A stretch of 37,318 nucleotides of DNA, taken from NCBI RefSeq assembly GCF_001194135.2, contig NC_068983.1, forward strand, positions 65,873,633-65,910,950, in the 5' to 3' direction. Below the pieces are notes generated by a model that was not told where the DNA came from, did not search any database, and saw only the letters and a program-made list of their open reading frames with translations. Positions within the stretch are counted from its first letter, which is position 1, and each line of letters opens with the position of its first letter. The stretch is from Octopus bimaculoides. Taxonomy: Eukaryota. Positions 10,319 through 24,049 of the stretch are shown here, one piece after another. The position numbers were made by a program, and so were the translations under genes.

Positions 10319-13300
10319 CACAAAAACAACTTGCGTCCCTTATCGAAACTAAACAGGGAAAAATGACAATCCAAGCGATTTACTTACTGGCTGCTATCGT
10401 TTCATGTCTATAGTTTATTAATAACTGCATGGAAAATTTTATAACTATTTTGTTTCGGTATTTTCATGTGTTTGGAATTTTTTAGCCTAGCATCGTCCAT
10501 CTTAATACTATCCACTTTGATCACTGTACTAAAGTACAAGTGACTCATGAACAATCTGAACAATCGCAGCATCGTTGCACGCATCAAGTACATGCTGCTG
10601 GTATATACAGCACAATCACATATGTTACTTCTATATTATATGCATGCGTATATGTGTGTGTGAGTATGCGTATGCATATATGTGTGTATGCGTGCATAGC
10701 CTGTCTCATTTCGCGCGTATGTATGTCTGTTAGTACTGCATTTGATTCGTATATAGTTTGTATGCGTGTATATAAAACCGTCTGTATATGATGCATCACT
10801 TTTTGTGGTCGTATGTAAGAGTGAGCATAAATCATGGTTCTTCTAGCAATTTATAGGTGTGCGTTATGCGTGTTTAATGTATACACCTCTGATCAAATGC
10901 ATTTCAAGATACGCAAAGACGTATGCGAAATGCACGCACGCGTGCGCTCACACAGTCGTTCATAAAAGCACACAGACGCACCGTCATTCACACAAACATG
11001 CACACATGTACACAGATGCGTATTTGTATATGAATGGATGCATATGAAAGTATGAATATATATCAGAGACATATTTATATAAATATAAGACATACGTATG
11101 TACGCATTTGTGTGTATGTATGTATTTATATGTTTATGTGTGTATTCCAAGTGATATCTGTTTTAGAACTTATCTCCTCTATATATTAATTTAATAAAGT
11201 ATCCACATGCTTCCATCTTCTCTGATATTCACTGACGTTTTCCATTAATATAAAACCGCCACTACTACCACCCCATTTACATCGCGACCCAGTCTTGCGT
11301 CTTTCCACTTCAAGAATTGTTCTCACTTAATTTGATAAGAACATATTCAAAGACTCAAAGAAAGACGAATATAAAAAAGAAAAAAGAAAAAATATGAAAC
11401 AAAGTGAAACAAAAGAACATAGAAATATATTCTTTTATAGAATCAAGTCAATACCCATCTTGGCCATTTATATGATTGTGGAATTGACTGGAATTTCAAC
11501 TAAAGCAGAAATGCAAGAACACTTATACAAAAGAAAAAAATATTCAACACACTGAAGCCGTGAAAGAAGAAAGGAATAATAATAGATTAACAAATATTTC
11601 ATTTAATTTGAAGGAACCCAACAAAATTGTCTGTATTTCATGCTTTTTTAAGCCTTTAATATGATTTATAAGAATCAAAAGAATCTTTATTGGTTAAGTG
11701 AAACATGGAAAATGTCTAGGGAGGGTTAAGATTTAATACAATACCTTATTTCAAAGATTTTCAATTTGCAAACACTAATATTCACAAATGCCTTCTTTGT
11801 TTGGAATTTTGTACAAAGACAGAAAAGCGGCTATGATCAATGAACTTCCTACATCTTTATAAGTAACAAAACATTAACAGCTTCACATACATACACTCAC
11901 AGACTGTTGGCTTACATACATTCACATAATACAAACACAAACATACATACACACACTCACACACACACGCACATGTACACGCGCATACACACACATGCAA
12001 ACGCACACAAACAAACAACATACACATGCACCCACATATTCACACACATACTTACGTGTGTTTATGAGCGTACGTCTGAAGTTTGTATATCTGAAAATAA
12101 TGTATACATGTGCGTGTGTATGTATATAAGTACATATGCATGAGTGTATGTGCGCCTGTAATCATATTTGAGCATATATATATATAATGTAAATATGTGT
12201 GAAAATTTATATATGTAATGTATACACATGCGTATGTGCGTGTGCACGTGTGTTGCGGATTCACTTCTTTGGTTTTGACAATAACATGCAATAGTGCGAA
12301 CGACTGAATTCCAACTCAGGAAATTTATCGGTAGTATTCCACTGAGATGTATATCCTTATCGCATTCCTCAGGCCGAATCAGTATGAAATACTACAAAAA
12401 AAATGAACCTTTGAATTACAGAGACAATCCAGAGAGAAAGAGAAAAAAATAATAAATCGAGTTCATTGCTAGTAATTTATCAATCGACTTTGAAACATTA
12501 AAAGAGTGAGATTTGAACTCACTGAACAGAGATCTAGAATAAATATCTATACATAGACACTTTGTTAATTTGCCATATTAATTGTGTAAAAGAGTGTGAA
12601 CATGTGTGTGTGTGTGTGTGCGTCTGCTGGGTGTATTTGTCAGTGTATTTGTGTCCGTGTATGTGTTAATTAAGTCGTTATAGATTATGACCGAAATATA
12701 CTAGTCCAATTATATTGCCTGATTCTTCAATTCATCAACGATTAATTTCTAAATGAATGTTCGGTTCATTACAGATATACATCTGCATGAATCTGATTCT
12801 TTGAAATAAATCTTGCCTGAAAATATATATCTGGAAATATATTTGAAAACATATCTGTCCTGGATTACATAATTCGGTCATATTTTTTACCGGCGGAAAA
12901 CTCGTTAGTTGATGTAATTAAATAACTTCAGGAGAATTCAACACCTTTGTTTTATGTGTACGCGTGTATGAGAGTGTGTGTGTGCGTGCGCGCGTTCTTG
13001 TGTAAATGTATGTATGTGCGTGTATGTGTGTATGCGTGAGTGTTTTCTGGGGTTAGTTTCCCGAATTTCTTTGCAATGGATAAAGTGACGGTAGCTCTTC
13101 ACGAACAAGATTTTTGTATTGAAATTTGGGTATCATTTACAGTACGATCTTTTAAGTGTATACATATAAGCATGCATGTACGTGCGTATGCATGTACGTG
13201 CGTATGCATGCATGCATGCATGTGTGTGTGTGTTTCTGAGCACATAATGAATGTCATTGCATATATGGATCTTATAGTATGCTGAAATATTTGAATGTTT

Positions 13301-13599
13301 TACATAGTTGGACAGTAATCTTGATAGCTTGTGATCAGGCGTATTCTTTTTTAGTTTTTGAAGCCTACGTTCTCACATTTGGTACTGAGGCATTAATCAC
13401 ATTCCCAAATGATCAGATAATTATTTGTAGGAATATAAAATGATACTCTTGAGGAGTAACAGATGACTTACGACTAATTAGACTGAAATTTGTTCAGTAA
13501 CATTTAACATTCTATTGACATCAAATGCTGAGCATAGTTTCTTTCCTCTGTATTGGATCATTATGTTTAGTCCGTTGTTTTCTTTTTATTGAAGCCTTG

Positions 13600-14690
13600 A
13601 CAAAGACATTCCATCCGTATTCATTTGAATTATGTGTTGAAATACTCACTGCAAAATGGAGCGATGGGTACCCATTCAACGGGAAATGAGCCAAAAGGAA
13701 GGAAGCTCTCCCTGAAAGAACAAGCAGAACACTAATGTTTCTCTGCCATAATTTACTATTTCACTGTCATGCCTTGCGACAGTTTTCGTTTTGTCGCATT
13801 GCGGCATTTGCTCTTCTGATTCTTTTATAAAGAACACGTTCCACTTTGTAGAACGATCCATCTGCTGCCAACTCTTCAGCAATGAAAGCACAGCAAGTCC
13901 TGGCTGTTGATCTTCAGATCATGTACTATTATGTATTCTGGCAACAGCGTCTTCACAGATTCCCTTTTCTTTTTATGAAAAATTATTCTATAGCTTGTCT
14001 ATTTCTTGAAGTCGTGGTTCAAATGTAGATTAAACTGGGCACCTTGCATCCAGCCTCTTGTCAGGTGCCCTCTGCCTTCTAACAATCATAGTTTCATATA
14101 AGCAATTTACTGAGTATTAGTGGCAGCAAAAATGACAGTTTTCTTCAGGAAGCTCCGATCAACAACTAAATTTATCCTAATTGGACAGTTCCAAAGTATA
14201 TTTGGGCTAATGACTACGCATGACTTTTAGAAATGCATTATATTATCTGACCTACCGGCTCCACCGTGTCTATAGACGCTTGGTTCTCCACCTTCGGTCA
14301 TCACATTCTGAGAACCCAACAAGTCTTTCACAAAACATACACAAATCGTCTCACATATTTTCAGCAAAGCATGGTTTTAAATATTCGGATACCGACCCAC
14401 TAACACCTCCCTATGAGAATAACTATATATATACCAGCCCTGCACACATCAATCCCTTGAAACTCGTATATATTTTCACTCATAACGCTCTTGCTGCTTT
14501 ACAACCATCTCAGATACCTTGGCGCCACGGAAAATAACTTTTGATAAATCCATCCAGAACATTCTTTGCCACAAATTCAGTTCGTTATTTTTCACAGTCA
14601 CCAAAAGAGTGACTACAATAACGGAGAGCTGACGCCATAGTGTTTCCATAGCTGCCATTTCTGAAGGACACATGGTGTTACCTAAATACA
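13600..14690 (-). mobile_element. Probable highly decayed piggyBac transposase remnant
   Basis: Colinear weak motifs on the minus strand: WVGIRIF..LC.KYVRRFVY (cf. KYGIKIF..LCD..YV.NF.IY), YFGTV (cf. GTVRKN), NYDC*KA.GT.DK (cf. YNxTKGGVDxxD) and FIAEELA. No TIR or TTAA found. Confidence 0.4.
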
Positions 14691-14851
14691 CAGTAAATAA
14701 TTATCTAATACCCATTGCGAAACTAACTGGTAAGACCAGCTGAAATTGATCTATAATACGGTATACTTGATTAATATATCCATTTTATTAACAACATACG
14801 AGCGCACATTGATTTCTGACGTATGTCTATAGCTTCTTAGACGACTATGAA

Positions 14852-14875
14852 TGTGTGTGTGTGTGTGTGTGTGTG

Positions 14876-14968
<93 letters not shown>
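14852..14968. repeat. (GT)n microsatellite, about 117 bp
   Basis: Nearly pure GT run. It explains the CV/HT ORFs at 14751-15043. Confidence 0.98.
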
Positions 14969-14970
<2 letters not shown>

Positions 14971-15862
14971 ACCCATGAAAATAACTTCGTGCGCTTTCAG
15001 AAAACTTTATGCAAAAATGTGCTGTGGGTGTAGCGAGACTTAAATGAGTTACCTAATAGGAATAGGTATGCCGCTTTAAAATGCATACCGGTTCATAAAC
15101 AACAAATACGTCATCCAGGCTGTGGGGAAATTCGACACTGTGACCATTTAGATAGATGTGCAGGGAATATGGCAACAAACTTTTAAGCTTTTTCGATTAA
15201 ATCAATGTATAGAAAATATGACAAAACAATAATCAATCAATACAGAAACACTTTTAGTGAAAAACACTAAGCAAGTTTGAATCGTTAATCAATTACTGGC
15301 ATTAATTCTTACTTCATTTATCAATATTTATAAATATATTTTCCATATAGTTAAAGCACAAAAATTTACATCCCTATTTAATTTGGGTGTTCTAACATAC
15401 ATATTATTTCCCTTTATACCGAGAAAATCTATAAGTGTTTATGTCTGTTAGAGACATTATAATGAATGGAAGATAGTAGCAAGCAATTTCACATCTACGT
15501 TGCAGTTAATATCATCTATAAGACGTGAAATCGGTTTTTATTTATCTAGTTTTCAATATTTTATTACGAATCTATATATTTGTAAGTGTATAGTGTTTAC
15601 CAATGTATTATGAAATAATCTGAACGTAAAAAGGTACTTTCGAATATGTAATCTAGAAATGATTTAATTGTTGTTATACATTTTCTATATTAAATTTTTG
15701 AATATTAATAATGTAGTTAGAAATAATTTGATAATGATAAACTGTTATTCAATGCATATGATGGTATTTTGAATGCAATAATATACTATGCAATTTAAAA
15801 GAAATACCACATTTTACATATATATGTAAGTGCATGTGTATGCATTATTGTACATGCGCCTG

Positions 15863-15893
<31 letters not shown>

Positions 15894-16095
15894 ACAACAA
15901 TGCGGATATATTAAAATACATGTATGTATACGTGTGTATCCGCATATTCATTCATATATATGTGTGTGGGTGTGTCTATCGGTGTCTGTTTGTATCTACA
16001 CACACACACATACACACACACATATATATATATTTGTGTATACAGTTATATACACATATATATTTGTACATATATATGTACATATAAATGTATGC

Positions 16096-16133
<38 letters not shown>

Positions 16134-16502
16134 GTGTGTGTGCGCGCGTGTGTGTGTGTGTATTTATATATATAATATACATACATACATACGAATATAT
16201 ATATATATATGCATTTGTTTTCCAAGATTCCTGATGTTAAATCGTGTATTGAAATGTATTGTTTTATTTGGGAATGGTAATTTCCCCCCCCCCCAAATAA
16301 CCACTCGCACTACATACTCGATCTTCACTTCAAGTTTATTGTTATTCTTATTTTTGTGCCATTTGCTGTTTTGTTTCCTCCGACATCCTGTGACCATTTC
16401 AACCACTCTCCATCTCACGTGTATCACCCAGAATACGAGGAGGCAAAAATATGACCATCCCCAACTACAACAATATATACATTTATATACACATATATAT
16501 GA

Positions 16503-16734
16503 TACTTCCCCATTACTTCTGCTCGTGATCAGAGATGCACATATTGTCAGCCACCAAGGGACATACTCAACTGGTTATGGTCAAATAACTGACAAGCAAA
16601 TCTGTGGTATTGAGCAGAATATTTACAGTAGCCCATCTGTTATACCAAGACAAAACAATGTACATAACACTTCCAATCATGTAAGATCAGAAGGGTTGAG
16701 AGCCACTGCCTGGTATTGTATCAGAGCATTTATT
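16503..16734 (+). mobile_element. Interspersed repeat, probably a SINE/LINE 3' portion
   Basis: Non-coding segment (GATCAGAGATGCACATATTGTCAGCCAC...GAGAGCCACTGCCTGG...GCATTTATT) resembling a common octopus repeat from recall only. It abuts the outer edge of the inverted duplication. Confidence 0.3.
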
Positions 16735-16762
16735 AATGACAACCTAGATACCCGTTCTCTAA

Positions 16763-18200
16763 TCTTACTATAATGGGCGTTCCCTCTTCACGGTCAAATA
16801 GTTGGACCAATGATGACGTACGAAGGAGGTAATCAGGAATGTTTTTAGCGAAAAAAAGGTGAAAAAGTATAATTAATTAGTGGATATTGAGTTTTGTACT
16901 AATAAATCACCTTTGATTTTTTTTTTTTTTGATAAAATTCCGGCGACGAGGATTAACTCTGGCTTCCCCCACCAACCACCGCCACCTCATAGTTCGTGAA
17001 TTTAGAGGGTTTAGATTTGTGATAATATCCTTTTATTTCCCATTGTAGATGGGCAGATTTGCTATCTTACCACAATGGACGTTTTGTCTGTCTGTCTGTC
17101 CGTCTCTTTGTCTGTTCGCTCTTCACAGCCAGACGACTGGAACAACGGTTACGATTTTTTTCGGGATTACAAAGACGGTCGTCAGGAAGGATTTTAGCAT
17201 TAAAATATCAGGAAGTATAATCATTTCGTGGATATCGATTTTTGAGTTGATAATCCACCTTCGCATTTTTATTAAAAATTCACCGACCACGAGTTATTGT
17301 AGGTTTTCATTGTATAGTACGTGGTCCCATCGTAGATACGAAGGGGGTCGCGAGGTCGGATAATAGCGAAAATAAAATAGAAAAGTTGTGTGCGTGATTA
17401 TTTAGTGGTTACTGAAGAGTGTCAGTCTCGAGCAGGATTCTAAACGGCTAATCGAAGTGGCTGTTGTTTACATCTCAGTTTTGTCGATCAAAATAACCCA
17501 TGGTACCAGAACATCCTGACATTATTCGCATAGAACAGTGAGAGGTAAGTCTTAGTTTGATGTTTCGCAAACTTAAAGAGTCCATTCGCGCATTCACGGC
17601 AACCAAGGCACAAGGCCAGACTTTATATCGTGTAGGTGTATTTTTACCAACTCTGATGTTTACACACGGCCAGTTATACGTTGCTATGAAAAGAACAACG
17701 GACTCTAGTAATTTGAAAATGAGTGTCGACCAAAGAGAAAATGTCGTCTACAAAGACGTTTTGTAATCATATTGTTATTATCGAAAGGAATTAGATTCAT
17801 CATTTAAATAAGAAAATTTGTGAACTTTGAATGTATAAGAGTATAAACAAGCGTAAAATATTGTAAACTAAAATAAAAGTATATCTAAATAACATTTTTT
17901 TCTTAGCACTTTTTATGTAGTCGTCGAAGGCAACTCTGGCTTGTGGTCCACATAACTATTCATGATACAGAGGCTGGAAGCCTATTTCCGTTTGGGAGTG
18001 AATCGTCATCACATGTCACTTAGTCGCAAGCACATGTCATACAGCTGCAATAGAATGTTGTATCACCAACAATAATGTGATTTCGCTAAGACAACACCCA
18101 GTAATCTATTAAATCCATTTACTCATTTCTCAATAAATACTGCTGTTATGACTTCTCTCCATCGTCTTATGTCTCCATCGTAGATGGTTAGATTTGCTAG
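16763..18200 (+). mobile_element. Non-autonomous Helitron, head-to-tail dimer (unit A 16763-17064, unit B 17065-18200)
   Basis: Inserted between A16762 and T18201. 5' TC; 3' hairpin CCATC-GTA-GATGG (18175-18187) then CTAG (18197-18200). The empty site is preserved in the inverted copy at about 20035-20075. Unit A ends in a related hairpin plus CTA (17040-17064), and unit B restarts with the related 5' end TCTTACCACAATGGACG. Confidence 0.88.
17557..17766 (+). pseudogene. Helitron RepHel PIF1-like helicase C-terminal fragment
   Basis: IRAFTATKAQGQTLYRVGVFLP..FTHGQLYVAMKR...NVVYKDVL* matches the helicase KAQGQT, HGQLYVA and NVVYKEVL motifs. Confidence 0.9.
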
Positions 18201-18659
18201 TACTATTAATTAGTGATTGACTTTCTTATGTTATTCTTAATAGTGTTTAAGATTTCCTTGCTAATTAATAACGACAGGCAGTATTAGCTGAAAAGTGTAA
18301 TTTATATATCATACATAAAGCAGATATATTCTTAAAAGCTTGCGAAACTATTGTAGTATTTATTTTAAAGAAACTATCTCTTATAAACGTATGCCATTAA
18401 AAAACGCAAGAATAAATAAGCAGCAGACAAAAATCGTCTGGCAGTGATGGTGAACTTGTGAAATCCGCATTTCTGCTTCTTTGGGGTTCGCCAGTTGCAA
18501 GTATCTATTGGTACGGCATGTTAAGTGAAAATCAATGGTGTAGTTAAGCGGGGATTGAAAAGTCACTGCTGTGATATCTAGCGTATCCACGTCTAATAAA
18601 AGATGCTTATGAGGCTGAAAATCTCTTTTCAGCTATTATTGCATGTCGTTCTTCTTCTT

Positions 18660-18660
18660 C

Positions 18661-18704
<44 letters not shown>

Positions 18705-18752
18705 GTTGTTGTTGTTGTTCGTGTTATCATCATTATCATCATCATCATCATT
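18660..18752. repeat. Compound (ATT)n/(GTT)n/(CAT)n microsatellite
   Basis: Direct reading of the sequence. Confidence 0.95.
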
Positions 18753-19575
18753 ATATGAAAACTCACAGCTTGTTTTTCTGAGTATGATGGAAAGTGTCAG
18801 TTGTCCACAGCCAGCAGACTAAGGTGACACTTGTTTACTGATCATATATAATATCATCTGTATACATGCATAAAAAGAATACATAACGTAGGAATAGTCC
18901 TACTTTATGTATACCTCACTTCTTGAAAAGTGGGTGCAGAATTTTGAAAAGGGAATTAAATGCGAGCGCTGGAAAGCTCGCATTTTGTATGGCTTTGAAG
19001 TCCCTGTATCACCGGCAAATTCCACCTCTTAGCCAGAATATGCAATATATATTTCTGCAAGTACTGTAACACACGCAAACGTTCAGTTAAATCAGTTATC
19101 AATATCATTAAATAAATTGAAGCAAGCATAATGCCCTGAGCAATCTGCATATCATGTTTAGAGCAAATCTATTTTTAAAGCTTACTAAACTGCGTTATGT
19201 GCCTCATAATCATCTTTTATTAGACGTAGATACGCTAAATATTACATCAGTGACTTTTCAATCCCCGTTTAACTATATCATTAACAGTTAATTTTCTCTT
19301 AACATGCCGTGCCAGTGGATACTTGCAACTGGCGAAGCCCAAAGAAGTAGAAATCCGTATTTCACAAGGCCACCATCGCTGCCGGACGATTTTTGTCTGC
19401 TGCTGATATATTCCTGTGTTTTTTTTAATATTACACGTTTATAAGAGATACTTTCTTAAGGCAAATACTGCAGTAGTTTCACAAGCTTTTAAAAACATAT
19501 CTGCTTTAAGTATGATATATAAATTACTCTTTTCAGCTAATATTGCCTGTCGTTGTTAATAACGAATTATTATTC

Positions 19576-19736
19576 TTTTCTACTCTAGGCACAAGGTCCG
19601 ACATTTTGGAGGAGGGGGGCAGTCGATTAGATCGTCACCAGTAAGCAACTGGTAGTTAATTTATCGACTCCGAAAGGATGAGAGGCAAAGTCGACCTCAG
19701 CGAAATTTGAACTCAGAACGTAAACACAGACGAAAT
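19576..19736 (-). mobile_element. 5'-truncated tRNA-type SINE with 18-bp TSD
   Basis: AATAACGAATTATTATTC at 19558-19575 and 19737-19754. The minus strand has a B-box-like GAGTTCAAAT followed by the SINE body GTCGACTTTGCCTCTCATCCTTTCGGAGTCGATAAAT. Confidence 0.85.
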
Positions 19737-20934
19737 AATAACGAATTATTATTCAATGAGAAAAGTAGACAGCTTTATGAAGTAGATGAAAGTTGCTCTA
19801 ACCAGCTATCGAAACAATGATATAAATCAAACATCATAAAACAATGTTCAAATGACAATAACATCAGCAGAGAAACTAAAAGTATAAATCATAAACTAAA
19901 ATTAGCTGCATATCATACATAAGCAGAATTTCCCAAACGCAAATGTAGATTAATTAATATCACTGAATCCGATACTAGATTAATTAGCAAGGAAATCTTA
20001 AACACTATTAAAAATAACATAAGAAAGTCAATCACTAATTAATAGTGTTAGAGAACGGGTATCTAAGTTGTCATTCAAAAGAGATCTTTTCTAGTATGGG
20101 CACCTATCATAATTAAGCACTAGAATCTAGCTGATTAATAGATGAAAACCTTTTTCTTTTAACTTCTCGCCATACGCTGTAGCAGCTTCTATTTTATACT
20201 TGCATTAACAATGTGCTAATCTTCATTTATAAGCTTTCATACAGAAATGAAATTTATTTCATAAAACATTCTTAATTTGAGTATAGATACACTTATAGTA
20301 ACTGAAGATAACTGTGCCTTCGGAATTACAAGCTCTTGCGCAGTAAATCAGAATTGCCCTGAAGTGATCATTAATGGTACAAATCAATACATGTGTGATA
20401 GATTATAAATTTCTACAACAGCACTTCAATCATAGTTTGTAATTCGGGCCCGAAAAAAAAGGAGGAATGGTGTAAAATGTTACAATTACATTTGATATTT
20501 GAAACAACGCAGTAGTGATACCAGCACCACGCAGAAGCCCCTTAAGAGATATACAGGTCATAAAAGAACGGCAATAAACGATGTGATTTATGCATCTTTG
20601 AAAAGATCTTCAAGTTTGACATCCTTTCTGAATAAAAAATTTCAATTTTTTTTTTAAAGATCTTTCCCTTCATAAGTATTTTCTGAGGAATAAGAATTTT
20701 TTTTACTTTACAATTTACTACATTTCAACTACACATGCCCGAAGTAGTTTTCCCTTTCATCATTCATATCTCTGAACCTTCCACTGCAAAGTTTACTCAT
20801 TAATGGTGTGTATGTATTATATATGCACATATATTATGCATGCATGCATATACGATTCTGCCTCCATAAACGTCATAACTGAACTCATTGCATAACTGGT
20901 GCATTTCTTTACTCGATTTAACTCTTTAATCTTT

Positions 20935-21330
<396 letters not shown>

Positions 21331-21733
21331 CTGGAGTCAATAAAATAAAATTCAAGTCAAGTACTTGTGCCAATGTAATTGATTTTTCCTTCCTTTACCC
21401 GAAATTGCAGGCCATGTGCCGGCTAGAAACAATAACTATGATTATTACTAGTGGAATAAATGTGGTATCACGTGATGTGGGAATAGCTCGAGACCATTGC
21501 CCTCCGCAGACTTGGCGTTCCTATGATAACATTACTCAATATTTCCCTTTTTTTTCTCTTTCAATATCGCACTATTCGAGTAATATTTGGCTGTAGAGAT
21601 TTTCCGTCGTTGTAATGTATCTTCGATATAAGTTCGACAAAGTATTTTCTAAAGTATAAAATAGCCAACTAACATACAAGCTACCATTTTCTTTATATTA
21701 TTGGTATTTTTTATACTTCATATTTCTTTTCAG

Positions 21734-22107
21734 GGAGGCCCAATGGCCCAGTGGTTAGGGCAGCGGTCATAGGATCGCGGTTTCGATTCCCAGTTGTGAG
21801 TGTTTATTCAGTGAAAACACCTAAAGCTCCCCGAGGCTCCGGCAGGGGATGGTGGTGAACCCTGCTGTACTCTTTCACCACAACTTTCTCTCACTCTCAC
21901 TTCCTGTTTCTGTTGTGCCTGTAATTCAAAAGGCCAGCCTTGTCACACTCTGTGTCACGCTGAATATTCCCGAGAACTACGTTAAGCGTACACGTGTCTG
22001 TGGAGTGCTCAGCCACTTGCACGTTAATTTCACGAACAGGCTGTTCCGTTGATCGGGTCAACTGGAACCCTCGACGTCGTAAGCGACGGAGTGTGCCAAC
22101 AACAACG
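21734..22107 (+). mobile_element. Full-length tRNA-derived SINE (second family)
   Basis: A box TGGCCCAGTGG, B box GGTTTCGATTCCC and (CAA)n tail. 12-bp TSD ATTTCTT(T/C)TCAG at 21722-21733 and 22108-22119. Confidence 0.88.
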
Positions 22108-22900
22108 ATTTCTTCTCAGAGTTATTGTTATTAATGAGGATTGAAAATCGTAGTTATAGTCTGATCGTATCACCAATGATTAAAACTACATTTAAACACA
22201 TGTATGTATGTATGCATGTACCGTTTGGTGTCAACAACGTATTGAAATGTCAGTTTTGTATTTAGTGCCAGGATCTTTAAATATAGTTATTTCATCTTTG
22301 GTAACCTTCTATGTTGGAAGTTTTATTGTCAAGGTTATTTCTATTTTTCTAATGTACTATCGTGTCCTACTTGACCCTTACTGATCTCCATTCAGTAAAC
22401 TTAGTTTCCGCATCTTTTACTTTCTTTCTTGCTTTATATTTTTGGCTTCTAGTTGTCATCGTTCAGATATTATCAGGATTAGTCATACTTATATACTTAA
22501 GTAATTATAGATGCTGCTTCATTTGTAATAAAGAAATCAGGTCGTTTGGTTTCATATATTTGGTCTATATAAATATTAATAAGGCATTTTTGACCTTTCT
22601 ATTTTTGATGACATCAGCTGCTTTCTTCTCTAATCAAATATTTCCTGCAAGAATTGCTTTCATTTCGCATAAATACCAATGTGTCGAATTTTCTAGCTAT
22701 ATTCCAACAAAAGGCAAGTATCTAGATTAGTATTATTTCTTTGTTTGCATCTTTATATTTGTACACACAGACATGCACACACACATATACACATGCACAC
22801 ACACATACAAACACATATGCGTATATAAATATACGCATATATGTACATATATATATACGTACATATATATGTATATACGTATATATACGCACATATATAC

Positions 22901-22932
<32 letters not shown>

Positions 22933-24049
22933 NNNNNNNNNNNNNNNNNNNNNNNNNNNNNNNNNNNNNNNNNNNNNNNNNNNNNNNNNNNNNNNNNNNN
23001 NNNNNNNNNNNNNNNNNNNNNNNNNNNNNNNNNNNNNNNNNNNNNNNNNNNNNNNNNNNNNNNNNNNNNNNNNNNNNNNNNNNNNNNNNNNNNNNNNNNN
23101 NNNNNNNNNNNNNNNNNNNNNNNNNNNNNNNNNNNNNNNNNNNNNNNNNNNNNNNNNNNNNNNNNNNNNNNNNNNNNNNNNNNNNNNNNNNNNNNNNNNN
23201 NNNNNNNNNNNNNNNNNNNNNNNNNNNNNNNNNNNNNNNNNNNNNNNNNNNNNNNNNNNNNNNNNNNNNNNNNNNNNNNNNNNNNNNNNNNNNNNNNNNN
23301 NNNNNNNNNNNNNNNNNNNNNNNNNNNNNNNNNNNNNNNNNNNNNNNNNNNNNNNNNNNNNNNNNNNNNNNNNNNNNNNNNNNNNNNNNNNNNNNNNNNN
23401 NNNNNNNNNNNNNNNNNNNNNNNNNNNNNNNNNNNNNNNNNNNNNNNNNNNNNNNNNNNNNNNNNNNNNNNNNNNNNNNNNNNNNNNNNNNNNNNNNNNN
23501 NNNNNNNNNNNNNNNNNNNNNNNNNNNNNNNNNNNNNNNNNNNNNNNNNNNNNNNNNNNNNNNNNNNNNNNNNNNNNNNNNNNNNNNNNNNNNNNNNNNN
23601 NNNNNNNNNNNNNNNNNNNNNNNNNNNNNNNNNNNNNNNNNNNNNNNNNNNNNNNNNNNNNNNNNNNNNNNNNNNNNNNNNNNNNNNNNNNNNNNNNNNN
23701 NNNNNNNNNNNTATATGACTTGGATACGAGACACAATTTCAAGAATGTTATCAGTTTCCGGAGTTTGTTAAATTAATATTTTTGATAAGATGAAAATTCT
23801 TTATGTACCGGTATAATAATATTTTTTTAATATTTTTTTTTTTACATGAATAAGTGATTTTGTTGGTATGGCTACTTGGAACTCTATAAGCCTTAAAATA
23901 ATATATTATGTAGTCGCTGCAATTTCTAACACGCTAAACAAGATAGTTTTGAACGAGCTTTTATTTATATATAATATGCGGCTGAAAAGGAAAATTTAGC
24001 AGAAAAGGCACAACGGCACAGAGAAAGACGGATAATTGAATGAGATGCA

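Larger units (their letters stand above)
16735..20075. repeat. Long interrupted inverted duplication (left arm 16735-16762 + 18201-18615; right arm 19201-19560 + 19981-20075)
   Basis: 18264-18615 is the reverse complement of 19201-19560 (roughly 85-90% by eye). 18202-18263 matches 19981-20046, and 16735-16762 matches 20049-20075. Confidence 0.93.

Noticed and set aside
10540-13285. Several 60-85 aa ORFs rich in C/V/Y/H/T
   Set aside because: They are translations of degenerate (CA)/(TG)/(TA) repeats.
15934-16773. 279-aa ORF, the longest gap-free ORF in the track
   Set aside because: It runs through microsatellites and an interspersed repeat, and has no domain or coherent composition.
21734-21800. 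tRNA gene (A and B boxes)
   Set aside because: No cloverleaf. It continues into a SINE body with a tail and TSD.
22733-23776. 300+ aa ORFs containing X runs (also at 25403-27245 and 29646-30355)
   Set aside because: Artefacts of reading through N gaps.
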